Positions 1-6,753 of a stretch of 39,927 nucleotides of DNA are shown piece by piece. The notes beneath the pieces were generated by a model. That model did no database searches, was not told where the DNA came from, and was given only the letters and a program-made list of their open reading frames with translations. Within the stretch, counting starts at the first letter, position 1. Every line of letters begins with the position of its first letter. The position numbers and the translations under genes are program-made. The DNA comes from Chloroflexi bacterium HGW-Chloroflexi-1 (lineage in GTDB: Bacteria; Chloroflexota; Anaerolineae; CG2-30-64-16), in contig PHCA01000006.1 of NCBI GenBank assembly GCA_002842085.1, positions 1-39,927 of the forward strand, in the 5' to 3' direction.

Positions 1-944
1 TCAATCGGCAGCCGGCCGAGGAACGGCACGCCCAGCCGCGCGGCCATCCTGTCGGCCCGGCTGTGACCGAAGATCTCGTGCTGCTTGCCCGTGTCGGGGC
101 AGACGAAGTAGCTCATGTTTTCCACCAGGCCCAAGATAGGCACACCCATTTGCTGCACCATCTGGGCGGCTTTGCGCACCACCATGCCGGCCAGGTCTTG
201 CGGCGACGTGACCAGCAGCACGCCGCTCATCGGCAGCGACTGGAGCACCGTCAGGGAGGCATCGGAGGTGCCGGGCGGCAGATCCACCACCAGGTAATCC
301 AGCTCACCCCACAGCACATCAGTCCAGAACTGGCGGATGGCGCCGCTGATCAGCGGGCCGCGCCAGATCACGGCCTGGTCTTCGGCCTCCAGCAGCAGGT
401 TGATGGACATCACCCGGATGCCGCTGCGCGTCTCGGCTGGCAGGATGGCGAGCGGGCTTGATCCGGGTCGCGCGCCGTTAGGGAAGAACATCTTGGGGAT
501 GCTGGGGCCGGTGATGTCGGCGTCCAGCACGCCCACCTGATACCCGCTACGGCGCAGACTCGTCGCCAGCAGCCCGGCAACCAACGACTTGCCCACCCCA
601 CCCTTGCCGCTCATCACCGCGATGACGTGCTTGACGTGGTTGAGCTTCTCTGCAAGGCCCTCACGCGCCTCACCGCCGTGCAGCCTGGCCTTCTCCTGCG
701 CGGTCATCTCGCCCAGTTGGATGCCCACGGACTGGACACCCGGCAGGGCGAGCACGGCCAGCCTGGCGTTCCTTTCGATCTGCTCCTTCAACGGGCAGGC
801 CAGGGTGGTAAGGGCCAGGGTAAAGGCGACCTTGCCATCGGTTACCCGCAGGTCCCGCACCATGCCGAGATCAACGATGCTGCGGCCCAGCTCCGGATCC
901 ATGACCTTCGCCAGGGCACGGCGCACTTCCGTTTCTGTGATCAT
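1..944 (-). CDS. mrp: Mrp/ApbC/NBP35-family Fe-S cluster carrier ATPase with N-terminal DUF59-like domain; 3' end runs off the window
   Basis: Own minus-strand translation from ATG at 944: MITETEVRRALAKVMDPELG..., deviant Walker A VIAVMSGKGGVGKS (rev-comp of ~590-630), and ENMSYFVCPDTGKQHEIFG (~60-120). There is no in-frame stop before position 1, which explains its absence from the ORF track. Confidence 0.85.
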   Translation of the reverse strand, partial: MITETEVRRALAKVMDPELGRSIVDLGMVRDLRVTDGKVAFTLALTTLACPLKEQIERNARLAVLALPGVQSVGIQLGEMTAQEKARLHGGEAREGLAEKLNHVKHVIAVMSGKGGVGKSLVAGLLATSLRRSGYQVGVLDADITGPSIPKMFFPNGARPGSSPLAILPAETRSGIRVMSINLLLEAEDQAVIWRGPLISGAIRQFWTDVLWGELDYLVVDLPPGTSDASLTVLQSLPMSGVLLVTSPQDLAGMVVRKAAQMVQQMGVPILGLVENMSYFVCPDTGKQHEIFGHSRADRMAARLGVPFLGRLPI

Positions 945-960
945 GTTCCACCACCGTCCG

Positions 961-1359
961 CTATCGGCCTTCGTGATGTTCGTGGTCGTGGCCGTGGCCG
1001 TGCGCCACACTCTCGCTGCACGGCGCATAGCCGCCCAACTCACCGCGCTGGAAGCATTCCAGCGCCTGGCGCACCGTGCCCGACGCGCCGGTGACGGGCC
1101 GAATACCGTACTGCTCGAAGAACGCAACAGCTCGACCTCCCATGCCGCCCGTCAACATCACGTGCGCGCTCTGGGCATGGATGAACCCCGGCACCTGCCC
1201 CGGTTCGTGGTTCGGGAAGAACGGGTTAGCGACCACCTGAACGGCCTGGATCTGCTCCGTCTCCAGGTCAATCAGGGTGAAGAACGGGCAACGCCCGAAA
1301 TGGCCTGCGACCGGCGCGTCCAGGCCGGCATTGGTCTCTGTGGAAACTGCGATACGCAT
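961..1359 (-). CDS. NifX/NifB-like (dinitrogenase FeMo-cofactor biosynthesis domain family) small protein with His-rich C-terminus
   Basis: Internal Met of ORF 961..1566: MRIAVSTETNAGLDAPVAGHFGRCPFFTLIDLE...VMLTGGMGGRAVAFFEQYGI. A GGAGG sits 5-10 nt upstream of ATG 1359. The part upstream of this Met translates repeat DNA. Confidence 0.8.
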   Translation of the reverse strand: MRIAVSTETNAGLDAPVAGHFGRCPFFTLIDLETEQIQAVQVVANPFFPNHEPGQVPGFIHAQSAHVMLTGGMGGRAVAFFEQYGIRPVTGASGTVRQALECFQRGELGGYAPCSESVAHGHGHDHEHHEGR

Positions 1360-1374
1360 GAAAACCTCCGTGTG

Positions 1375-1410
1375 TTGGTAGATTGGTATATCGGTGACTG
1401 GTAGATTGGT
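1375..1410. repeat. Short array of GGTAnATT octamer repeats (single arm)
   Basis: ttggtagattggtatatcggtgactggtagattggt lies between the NifX-like start and the ferredoxin stop. It belongs to the same family as 5435-5540, 15311-15338, 17035-17250 and 20126-20206. Confidence 0.8.
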
Positions 1411-1907
1411 CAGGCGCGGCCCCACCGATATCGGTGGCCATTGCGCCGGGCCGTTGACGTGCGCCGAACGGATGCGTCCGGCTTGAAGCTTATCGGTCGC
1501 GAGACGGCAGCGCGGGATGCTCGCCAGGCTGCGATGACTTCGGGCAGCAGCTCGCGCGCCGCCCATACCAGCGCGCTCCCGACCATCGGCCAGAGCCGGC
1601 TGCGCCGAGGCTCGGCCGGCAGAAGCTCAATCTCTGGCCGGTGTGCGAGGCTTGCGGCTTCCACGGAAGTCGCTGCAGGGACGACCGCCGGCATGTTTGC
1701 CCCAGGTCTGATGGCCACGTAGGCAGAGTCGGCCGCATCGGCCATCACGATCGCGCCTTGCGGGCACGCATCCGCGCAGCTCCCCCAGCCGGCACAGCAC
1801 GCCTCGTCGATATGCGCCCACCCGTCCACCAGTGAGATCGCTCCGGCCGGGCACGCCTTCACGCAATCGCCGCAACCGATACAGGTTGCTTCATCAACTC
1901 GATACAT
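1410..1907 (-). CDS. 4Fe-4S dicluster ferredoxin-domain protein with ~100 aa non-ferredoxin C-terminal extension
   Basis: CIGCGDCVKACP plus a second, atypical cluster motif CCAGWGSCADACP. GGAGGGAGG lies upstream of ATG 1907. Confidence 0.75.
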   Translation of the reverse strand: MYRVDEATCIGCGDCVKACPAGAISLVDGWAHIDEACCAGWGSCADACPQGAIVMADAADSAYVAIRPGANMPAVVPAATSVEAASLAHRPEIELLPAEPRRSRLWPMVGSALVWAARELLPEVIAAWRASRAAVSRPISFKPDASVRRTSTARRNGHRYRWGRA

Positions 1908-1940
1908 AGCCTCCCTCCGCGCGCATCAGCTTATCCGTTT

Positions 1941-2339
1941 TCATCCGCTGCCCCGCCCTGCCTCGTGCCGCGTGTAGGTCTCGATGAACTGATCAATCTC
2001 GTCGCGCGTGCAGCGCAGGTCGTTGATCCATGCGGCCAGGTACTCTTCACCATCGGGCGTCACGGTGTACACCCGTCGCGGCGGCCCGGAGCCGGCCGTG
2101 TCCCACTGCGAGCTGACCCAACCGGCGTTCTCCATCTCGCGCAGGATGCGGTAGACTACGCTGGCGTCCACCGTGCCCGGCGTGAAGCCGAACTGGCGCA
2201 ACGCCTCCAGCAGGTTGTAGCCGTGGGTCGCATCCCCGCGCAACAGCAGCAGCAGGCACGGCTCCAGGAAGCGCGCGATGCGTCGCGGGCATGCGCCGCC
2301 GCCTAAGCCGCCCCCTCGCCCCCATCGTCCTCTTGGCAT
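1941..2339 (-). CDS. PadR-family transcriptional regulator
   Basis: LEPCLLLLLRGDATHGYNLLEALRQFGF...VYRILREMENAGWVSS...RRVYTVTPDGEEYL. Start chosen at the third Met (2339) because GGAGG lies 8 nt upstream; ORF-track start is 2357. Confidence 0.8.
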   Translation of the reverse strand: MPRGRWGRGGGLGGGACPRRIARFLEPCLLLLLRGDATHGYNLLEALRQFGFTPGTVDASVVYRILREMENAGWVSSQWDTAGSGPPRRVYTVTPDGEEYLAAWINDLRCTRDEIDQFIETYTRHEAGRGSG

Positions 2340-2390
2340 AGTGTTTGCCTCCATCATCTATCAGCTTGTCAGAATCGAGTATAGCACCAT

Positions 2391-2738
2391 ATGTGCAAGA
2401 TGTCAATAAGGACGTATGCGCTCGCGCAGTTCGGGAATATCTACCCGTTCAGTCAGATCGCCCGCTCGGAGCAGCAGCACGTGAACGCGCTGGCCCGGCT
2501 CTTCGCCAAATACGGGCTGGCGGTGCCGGCGAATCCCGGCCTGGCGAGCACACCGACCTGGAGCACCGTGGCTGACGCCTGCCAGACCGGCGTGGCTGCT
2601 GAGATCGCGGACGCGGCGCTGTACGATGAGCTCAAGCCGTCGGTGGACAACGCGGATACGCAAAGCGTGCGAGTGTTCGCCAACCTGCAGGCGGCCTCGC
2701 TGAACAGCCACCTGCCGGCGTTCGAGGCCTGCAACTGA
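2391..2738 (+). CDS. DUF2202 ferritin-like domain protein, apparently lacking the N-terminal helix of the family
   Basis: FSQIARSEQQHVNALARLFAKYGLAVP ... VRVFANLQAASLNSHLPAF matches my memory of the DUF2202 pattern (F.NIa.SEQ.H.dAv..L...YG ... NL...S.NHL.aF). An in-frame TAG at 2382-2384 prevents any N-terminal extension. Confidence 0.6.
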   Translation: MCKMSIRTYALAQFGNIYPFSQIARSEQQHVNALARLFAKYGLAVPANPGLASTPTWSTVADACQTGVAAEIADAALYDELKPSVDNADTQSVRVFANLQAASLNSHLPAFEACN

Positions 2739-2774
2739 GCGAGATAAACAGCCGATTCACCGCTGATGGATGAT

Positions 2775-2812
2775 GAAACAGCCTGGCCTTCGTCGAGGGA
2801 CCAGGCAGTTTC
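2775..2812 (+). terminator. Stem-loop downstream of the DUF2202 ORF (possible terminator, no T-tract)
   Basis: gaaacagcctgg (2775-2786) pairs with ccaggcagtttc (2801-2812) with one mismatch and a 14-nt loop. Confidence 0.3.
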
Positions 2813-2887
2813 ATTGCGCCGAGAAGCAAAAGGGTAAAAATGATCAGTCGGTAAATATAAAAAGTTATAAAATCATATAAAAAACTA

Positions 2888-2916
2888 TTGACAAAACACG
2901 CCAATGGGTGTATACT
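2888..2916 (+). promoter_or_regulatory. Near-consensus sigma70 promoter for the regulator/sulfur-relay/hydrogenase cluster
   Basis: TTGACA (2888-2893), 17-nt spacer, TATACT (2911-2916). It is preceded by a markedly A/T-rich (UP-element-like) stretch at ~2815-2887 in an otherwise GC-rich window. Confidence 0.7.
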
Positions 2917-2957
2917 GAACCTCGTAACAGCCAGCCGTTCCCCTATGCGAGGTTCCC

Positions 2958-3749
2958 GTGTCCGACAAACTCCTCACCACCCGCGAGCTGGAAGAATTGC
3001 TCCAGCTTGACCGTGTCACCATCTACAAGATGGTCAAGGACGGCGAGCTGCCGGCGCTGCGCGTGGGCGGGCAGTGGCGCTTTTCGGCCGAGGCCATTGA
3101 CGCCTGGCTCAAGGCTCAGCGTGGCGAGACGCCGCCCGAGCCGGTCCGCCAGGCGGCGCCGACCGATCTCACGAGTCTGCGCCTCACCGACCTGATCCCC
3201 ATCGCCACCCTGCAGAGCATCCAGGATCAATTCGCCCAGTTGTTGGGCGTGGCATCCTTCATCACCGACCTTGACGGGCAGCCGCTGGCGCCGTGCAGCC
3301 GGTGCAGCCGCTTCTGTCGGATCATCCACACCCGGCCCGAGGGGATGGCCGCGTGCCAGGCGTCGTGGCGGTCTATCGCCCGGCTGGACGAGGCCGGCGG
3401 CGCCGCCATTCACGTCTGTCACGCGGGCATCCAGTACGCCAGCGCGCCGGTGACGATCAACGGCCAGCGCGTGGGCATGGTGACGGCCGGCCAGTTCCTC
3501 ACCGAGGCGGCCGCCCTCGAGACCTTCAGGGAGCAGGCGTTGGCGACCGGCGCTCGTCTCGGCGTGGACGGCGAAGGGTTGGCCCAGGCCCAGGACGCCA
3601 TCGAAATCGTCACTGCGGAGCGGGCGGTGCAGATCACTGACCTGCTGGCGACCATCGCCAATGCCATCTCCGGCATCGGTTATCAAAGCTACCTGGCGCG
3701 CCAGACCTTAGCGCAGATCGCGCAGATCACGGCGGCGGCGCAGGTATAG
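2958..3749 (+). CDS. Transcriptional regulator: excisionase/MerR-type HTH fused to a PocR sensory domain
   Basis: N-terminus LLTTRELEELLQLDRVTIYKMVKDGELPALRVGGQWRF (excisionase-family HTH). The remainder is Cys-rich and PocR-like (FITDLDGQPLAPCSRCSRFCRIIH...ACQASW...HVCHAGIQYASAPV). GTG start. Confidence 0.75.
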   Translation: MSDKLLTTRELEELLQLDRVTIYKMVKDGELPALRVGGQWRFSAEAIDAWLKAQRGETPPEPVRQAAPTDLTSLRLTDLIPIATLQSIQDQFAQLLGVASFITDLDGQPLAPCSRCSRFCRIIHTRPEGMAACQASWRSIARLDEAGGAAIHVCHAGIQYASAPVTINGQRVGMVTAGQFLTEAAALETFREQALATGARLGVDGEGLAQAQDAIEIVTAERAVQITDLLATIANAISGIGYQSYLARQTLAQIAQITAAAQV

Positions 3750-3780
3750 TCCATCCACACCCACAGAGGAGGTTTTATTC

Positions 3781-4017
3781 ATGGCAATCCAACCCGATCA
3801 AGTCCTCGATTGCAGCGGCATGGCGTGCCCGATGCCCATCCTCAAGACTAAGAAGGCCGTGGATGGGCTGCAAGTCGGGCAGGTGTTGAAAATGATCGCC
3901 ACTGACCCCGGCTCGACCAGCGACATGGCGGCGTGGACCAAGAAGACCGGCCATGCGCTGGTCGGCTCCGAGCAGGACGGCGGCAAGCTCGTCTTCTACA
4001 TCAAGAAGACCAAGTAG
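3781..4017 (+). CDS. tusA: TusA-like sulfur carrier protein (SirA/YedF/YeeD family)
   Basis: 78 aa. LDCSGMACPMPILKTKKAV contains the CPxP active-site motif. GGAGG upstream. Confidence 0.9.
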   Translation: MAIQPDQVLDCSGMACPMPILKTKKAVDGLQVGQVLKMIATDPGSTSDMAAWTKKTGHALVGSEQDGGKLVFYIKKTK

Positions 4018-4065
4018 GGGCAAGGCCTTGCGCCTGCCCATGCAGGCCGGCCAAAGGAGCATCTC

Positions 4066-4428
4066 ATGTCTGAACAGACCAAACGCCTGGCGATCATCGC
4101 TGACAAGCTGCAAGTGTCCCCGATTGCCAACCCGGCCATGCCCCAGCCCATCCCCGGCATCTCCGTGCCCAACATCATCGGTATGCTGCCCGGCATGACT
4201 GCGGTGGCAACCGGCATGATGAATGGTTGGATGAAGAAGGCCAATGTCGCCAGGCTCAGCGAGTTGCTGGCGATGGCCGTCGAGTACGACGTCAAGCTCA
4301 TCGCGTGCCAGATGAGCATGGACGTGATGGGCATCAAGAAGGAAGACCTGATTGACGGCGTGGAGGTCGGCGGCGCGGCGACCTTCCTGGAGTTTGCGAG
4401 CGAGAACGCGATTGCGTTGTCGTTTTAG
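4066..4428 (+). CDS. DsrE/DsrF/DrsH-like (DrsE_2-type) protein, short form
   Basis: The C-terminal two thirds (MLPGMTAVATGMMNGWMKKANVARLSELLAMAVEYDVKLIACQMSMDVMGIKKEDLIDGVEVGGAATFL) match my recollection of the family. The N-terminal beta-alpha-beta region seems largely absent. Confidence 0.65.
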   Translation: MSEQTKRLAIIADKLQVSPIANPAMPQPIPGISVPNIIGMLPGMTAVATGMMNGWMKKANVARLSELLAMAVEYDVKLIACQMSMDVMGIKKEDLIDGVEVGGAATFLEFASENAIALSF

Positions 4429-4489
4429 TGCAACCAGACCTTCGAGGTCTACGAGACCTCGGAGGTCTTCGGGATCAAGGAGACAATCT

Positions 4490-4858
4490 ATGGCCGACGA
4501 TACCGTCCTCATCATCATGACCAGCGGCCCGGACACCCCCCGGCGCTGCGCGACCCCGTTCTTCTTCGCGTCCCTGGCCGCGGCCATGGAGTACGAAGTC
4601 AACATGTTCTTCACCATCGACGGCACGCTGCTCCTCAAGAAGGGGCTGGCCGAGACCGTCTACCCCAAGGCCGGCGGCAAGCCGGTGAGCGCCTTTATCC
4701 AGGACGCGCTGGATGCCGGCGTCAACTTCATGGCCTGCACCGCGTCCACCGAGCTGCACGACCTGGCACCCGAGGATCTGATCGAGGGCGTGAAGATGGT
4801 CGGCGGCGCGACGATGTGGCTGTTGGCGGAGGATAGCAAGACAGTGTTGACGTTTTGA
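4490..4858 (+). CDS. DsrE-family sulfur-relay protein
   Basis: MADDTVLIIMTSGPDTPRRCATPFFFASLAAAMEYEVNMFF...VNFMACTASTELHDL...GGATMW. AAGGAG upstream of the internal ATG at 4490 (ORF-track start 4352 is spurious). Confidence 0.75.
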   Translation: MADDTVLIIMTSGPDTPRRCATPFFFASLAAAMEYEVNMFFTIDGTLLLKKGLAETVYPKAGGKPVSAFIQDALDAGVNFMACTASTELHDLAPEDLIEGVKMVGGATMWLLAEDSKTVLTF

Positions 4859-4866
4859 GAACCATT

Positions 4867-4950
4867 GTCATTGCGAGGAGCCGCAGCCCCGAAGCAATCC
4901 CCCACATGGGAGCAGATTGCTTCGTCGCACACGTCGCTCCTCGCAATGAC
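4867..4950. repeat. Palindromic MITE-like element (short relative of the GTAACTACTCAGC family) inside the operon
   Basis: gtcattgcgaggagc (4867-4881) / gctcctcgcaatgac (4936-4950), plus inner gaagcaatc / gattgcttc. The same core occurs at 20213-, 25953-, 28117- and 30323-. Confidence 0.8.
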
Positions 4951-4985
4951 GAGGCTTGCAAGTTAATAAAAAAGGAGCCTGACTT

Positions 4986-5432
4986 ATGACCATCGTTCGC
5001 GGTTGCAACCTTCCCGAAGACCTCTACTACCTGCTCGAAAAGCACGTGTGGGCTAAACCCATCGAGGGCGGCCTGATCCGCGTGGGCATGACCAGCGTGG
5101 CGGGCAAGCTGGCCGGCGGCAAGCTGGCGGCGATCACCGTCAAGGCGAAGAGCATCGGTAAGGAAGTGGCGCAGGGCAAGAGCCTGGCCACCGTCGAAAG
5201 CAGCAAGTTCGTCGGCCCGGTGCCGGCGCCCGCCACCGGCGTGCTGGTGCGCGCCAACGACAAGCTGGCCGCCAACCCCAACCTGGCGATCAGCGACCCC
5301 TACGGCGAAGGCTGGATCGCCGAGGTCAAACCGAGCGCCTGGGACGCCGAAAAAGCCAGCCTCATCACCGGCGCGGCCGGCGTCGCCGCCTACCAGGCCA
5401 GGCTGGAGGCGGATGGTGTGGCGTGTGGGTGA
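4986..5432 (+). CDS. GcvH-family lipoyl-carrier protein (LbpA-like by context)
   Basis: HVWAKPIEGGLIRVGMTSVA...GKSLATVESSKFVGPVPAPATGVL...NPNLAISDPYGEGW. The lipoyl-lysine context VESsK is present. No other glycine-cleavage genes are nearby. Confidence 0.8.
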   Translation: MTIVRGCNLPEDLYYLLEKHVWAKPIEGGLIRVGMTSVAGKLAGGKLAAITVKAKSIGKEVAQGKSLATVESSKFVGPVPAPATGVLVRANDKLAANPNLAISDPYGEGWIAEVKPSAWDAEKASLITGAAGVAAYQARLEADGVACG

Positions 5433-5434
5433 GT

Positions 5435-5540
5435 GGGTAGATTGGTAGGTTGGTAAATTGGTAGATTGGGAGACCGGTCTCCCAATCTACCAATCTACCA
5501 AATACCAATGTACCAATCTACCAATCTACCAATCTGCCAA
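5435..5540. repeat. Inverted pair of GGTAGATT-type octamer arrays forming a long hairpin between the GcvH-like gene and hynS
   Basis: Left arm gggtagattggtaggttggtaaattggtagattgggagacc, right arm ggtctcccaatctaccaatctaccaaataccaatgtaccaatctacc.... Perfect palindrome centre at 5475/5476. Confidence 0.85.
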
Positions 5541-5553
5541 CCAGGAGGTTTCC

Positions 5554-6657
5554 ATGGCGGAAGAGACCATATACCAACGTCTACAGGCGGCGGGCATCTC
5601 GCGGCGCGACTTCCTGAAGGGGTGCGGGGGGCTGGCGGCGCTGATGGGGCTGCAACAGGCCCCGCCGGTGGCGGCCAGCGGGCTGCCCGCACATCTGGCG
5701 CGCGGGGGCGACCCGGCCCCGCTGATCGCGCGGGCCCTGGCCACGAAAGCGCGCGTGCCGGTCATCTGGCTGGAGCTCCAGGACTGCGCCGGCTGCAGCG
5801 AGGCGCTCACCCGCTCGCACAGCCCCACCCTCGTTGACCTGGTGCTCCGTGAGATCACCGTCGAGTACCATGAAACGCTGTCCGCCGCGGCCGGCTTCCA
5901 GGTCGAGGCGGCCAAGCAGGCGGCGATGAAGCAGTACGCCGGCAAGTACCTGCTGGTCGTGGAAGGCTCGATCCCGACCGACGGGATCTACTGCACGATC
6001 GGCGGCCACTCCGCGCTGGAGATCCTGCAGGAGGCCGCGGCGGGCGCGGCCGCGATCGTCGCCACGGGCAACTGCTCCGCGTTCGGCGGCCTGCCCAAGG
6101 CCCGGCCCAACCCGACCGGCGCCAAGGGCGTTTTGGACTTCATCGAAGACAAACCGGTCATCAACATCCCCGGCTGCCCGGCGATCCCCGAAGCGTTTAC
6201 CGGCACGTTGGCGCACTTCCTGATCTTCGGCGGCCTGCCGGAGTTGGACGAGCTGCACCGGCCCAAGACCTTCTACGGCCACACCGTGCATGACCGCTGC
6301 CTGCGCCGGCCGTTCTACGAGGCGGGCAAGTTCGCCAACACTTTTGACGACGAGGGCGCGCGCCAGGGCTGGTGTCTCTACAAGCTGGGCTGCAAGGGAC
6401 CGACCACCTACAACGCCTGCGCCGGCATCAAGTGGGACGCCGGCCTGTCGTTCCCGATCCAGTCGGGCCACCCCTGCCTGGGCTGCTCGCAGCCGAACTT
6501 CTGGGACGGCGGCGGGTTCTACCAGGGGCAGTCGGCGCCGCTCGATCGGCCCGGCATCGGCGTGGCTGCGGCCGCCGCAGGCATCGGCCTGGTGGCCGGC
6601 GCGGGGATTGCGATGGCGAATCGGGCGCAGAAGCGAGCGAGCGACGATGGCAAATAG
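5554..6657 (+). CDS. hynS: [NiFe]-hydrogenase small subunit, Tat-exported, with C-terminal membrane anchor
   Basis: Twin-arginine signal GISRRDFLKGCGGLAALMG. Cluster ligand motifs LQDCAGCSEAL, GNCSAFGG, PGCPAIPE, CLYKLGCKGPTTYNAC and HPCLGCSQPNFWD. Hydrophobic C-terminus GIGVAAAAAGIGLVAGAGIAMA. AGGAGG before ATG 5554. Confidence 0.95.
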   Translation: MAEETIYQRLQAAGISRRDFLKGCGGLAALMGLQQAPPVAASGLPAHLARGGDPAPLIARALATKARVPVIWLELQDCAGCSEALTRSHSPTLVDLVLREITVEYHETLSAAAGFQVEAAKQAAMKQYAGKYLLVVEGSIPTDGIYCTIGGHSALEILQEAAAGAAAIVATGNCSAFGGLPKARPNPTGAKGVLDFIEDKPVINIPGCPAIPEAFTGTLAHFLIFGGLPELDELHRPKTFYGHTVHDRCLRRPFYEAGKFANTFDDEGARQGWCLYKLGCKGPTTYNACAGIKWDAGLSFPIQSGHPCLGCSQPNFWDGGGFYQGQSAPLDRPGIGVAAAAAGIGLVAGAGIAMANRAQKRASDDGK

Positions 6658-6737
6658 CAAATGGCAAATAGCAAATAGCAAATAGCAAATGGCAGTTTGC
6701 AGTTTGCAGTTTGCAATTTGCAGTTTGCAGTTTGCAG
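6649..6737. repeat. Heptamer tandem arrays (GCAAATA/G)x6 followed by (GCAGTTT)x6, partially self-complementary
   Basis: ggcaaatagcaaatggcaaatagcaaatagcaaatagcaaatggcagtttgcagtttgcagtttgcaatttgcagtttgcagtttgcag. It starts inside the last codons of hynS. Confidence 0.85.
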
Positions 6738-6753
6738 CCAAGGGAGGCAAAGC

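Noticed and set aside
589-1404. 271-aa plus-strand ORF over the Mrp/NifX region
   Set aside because: It is antisense to the Mrp ATPase (clear Walker A) and the NifX-like gene, and its sequence is low-complexity.
2632-2904. 90-aa minus-strand ORF with a hydrophobic N-terminus in the AT-rich island
   Set aside because: It overlaps the DUF2202 3' end and the promoter/UP region. The hydrophobic stretch is a by-product of T-rich DNA, and there is no Shine-Dalgarno.
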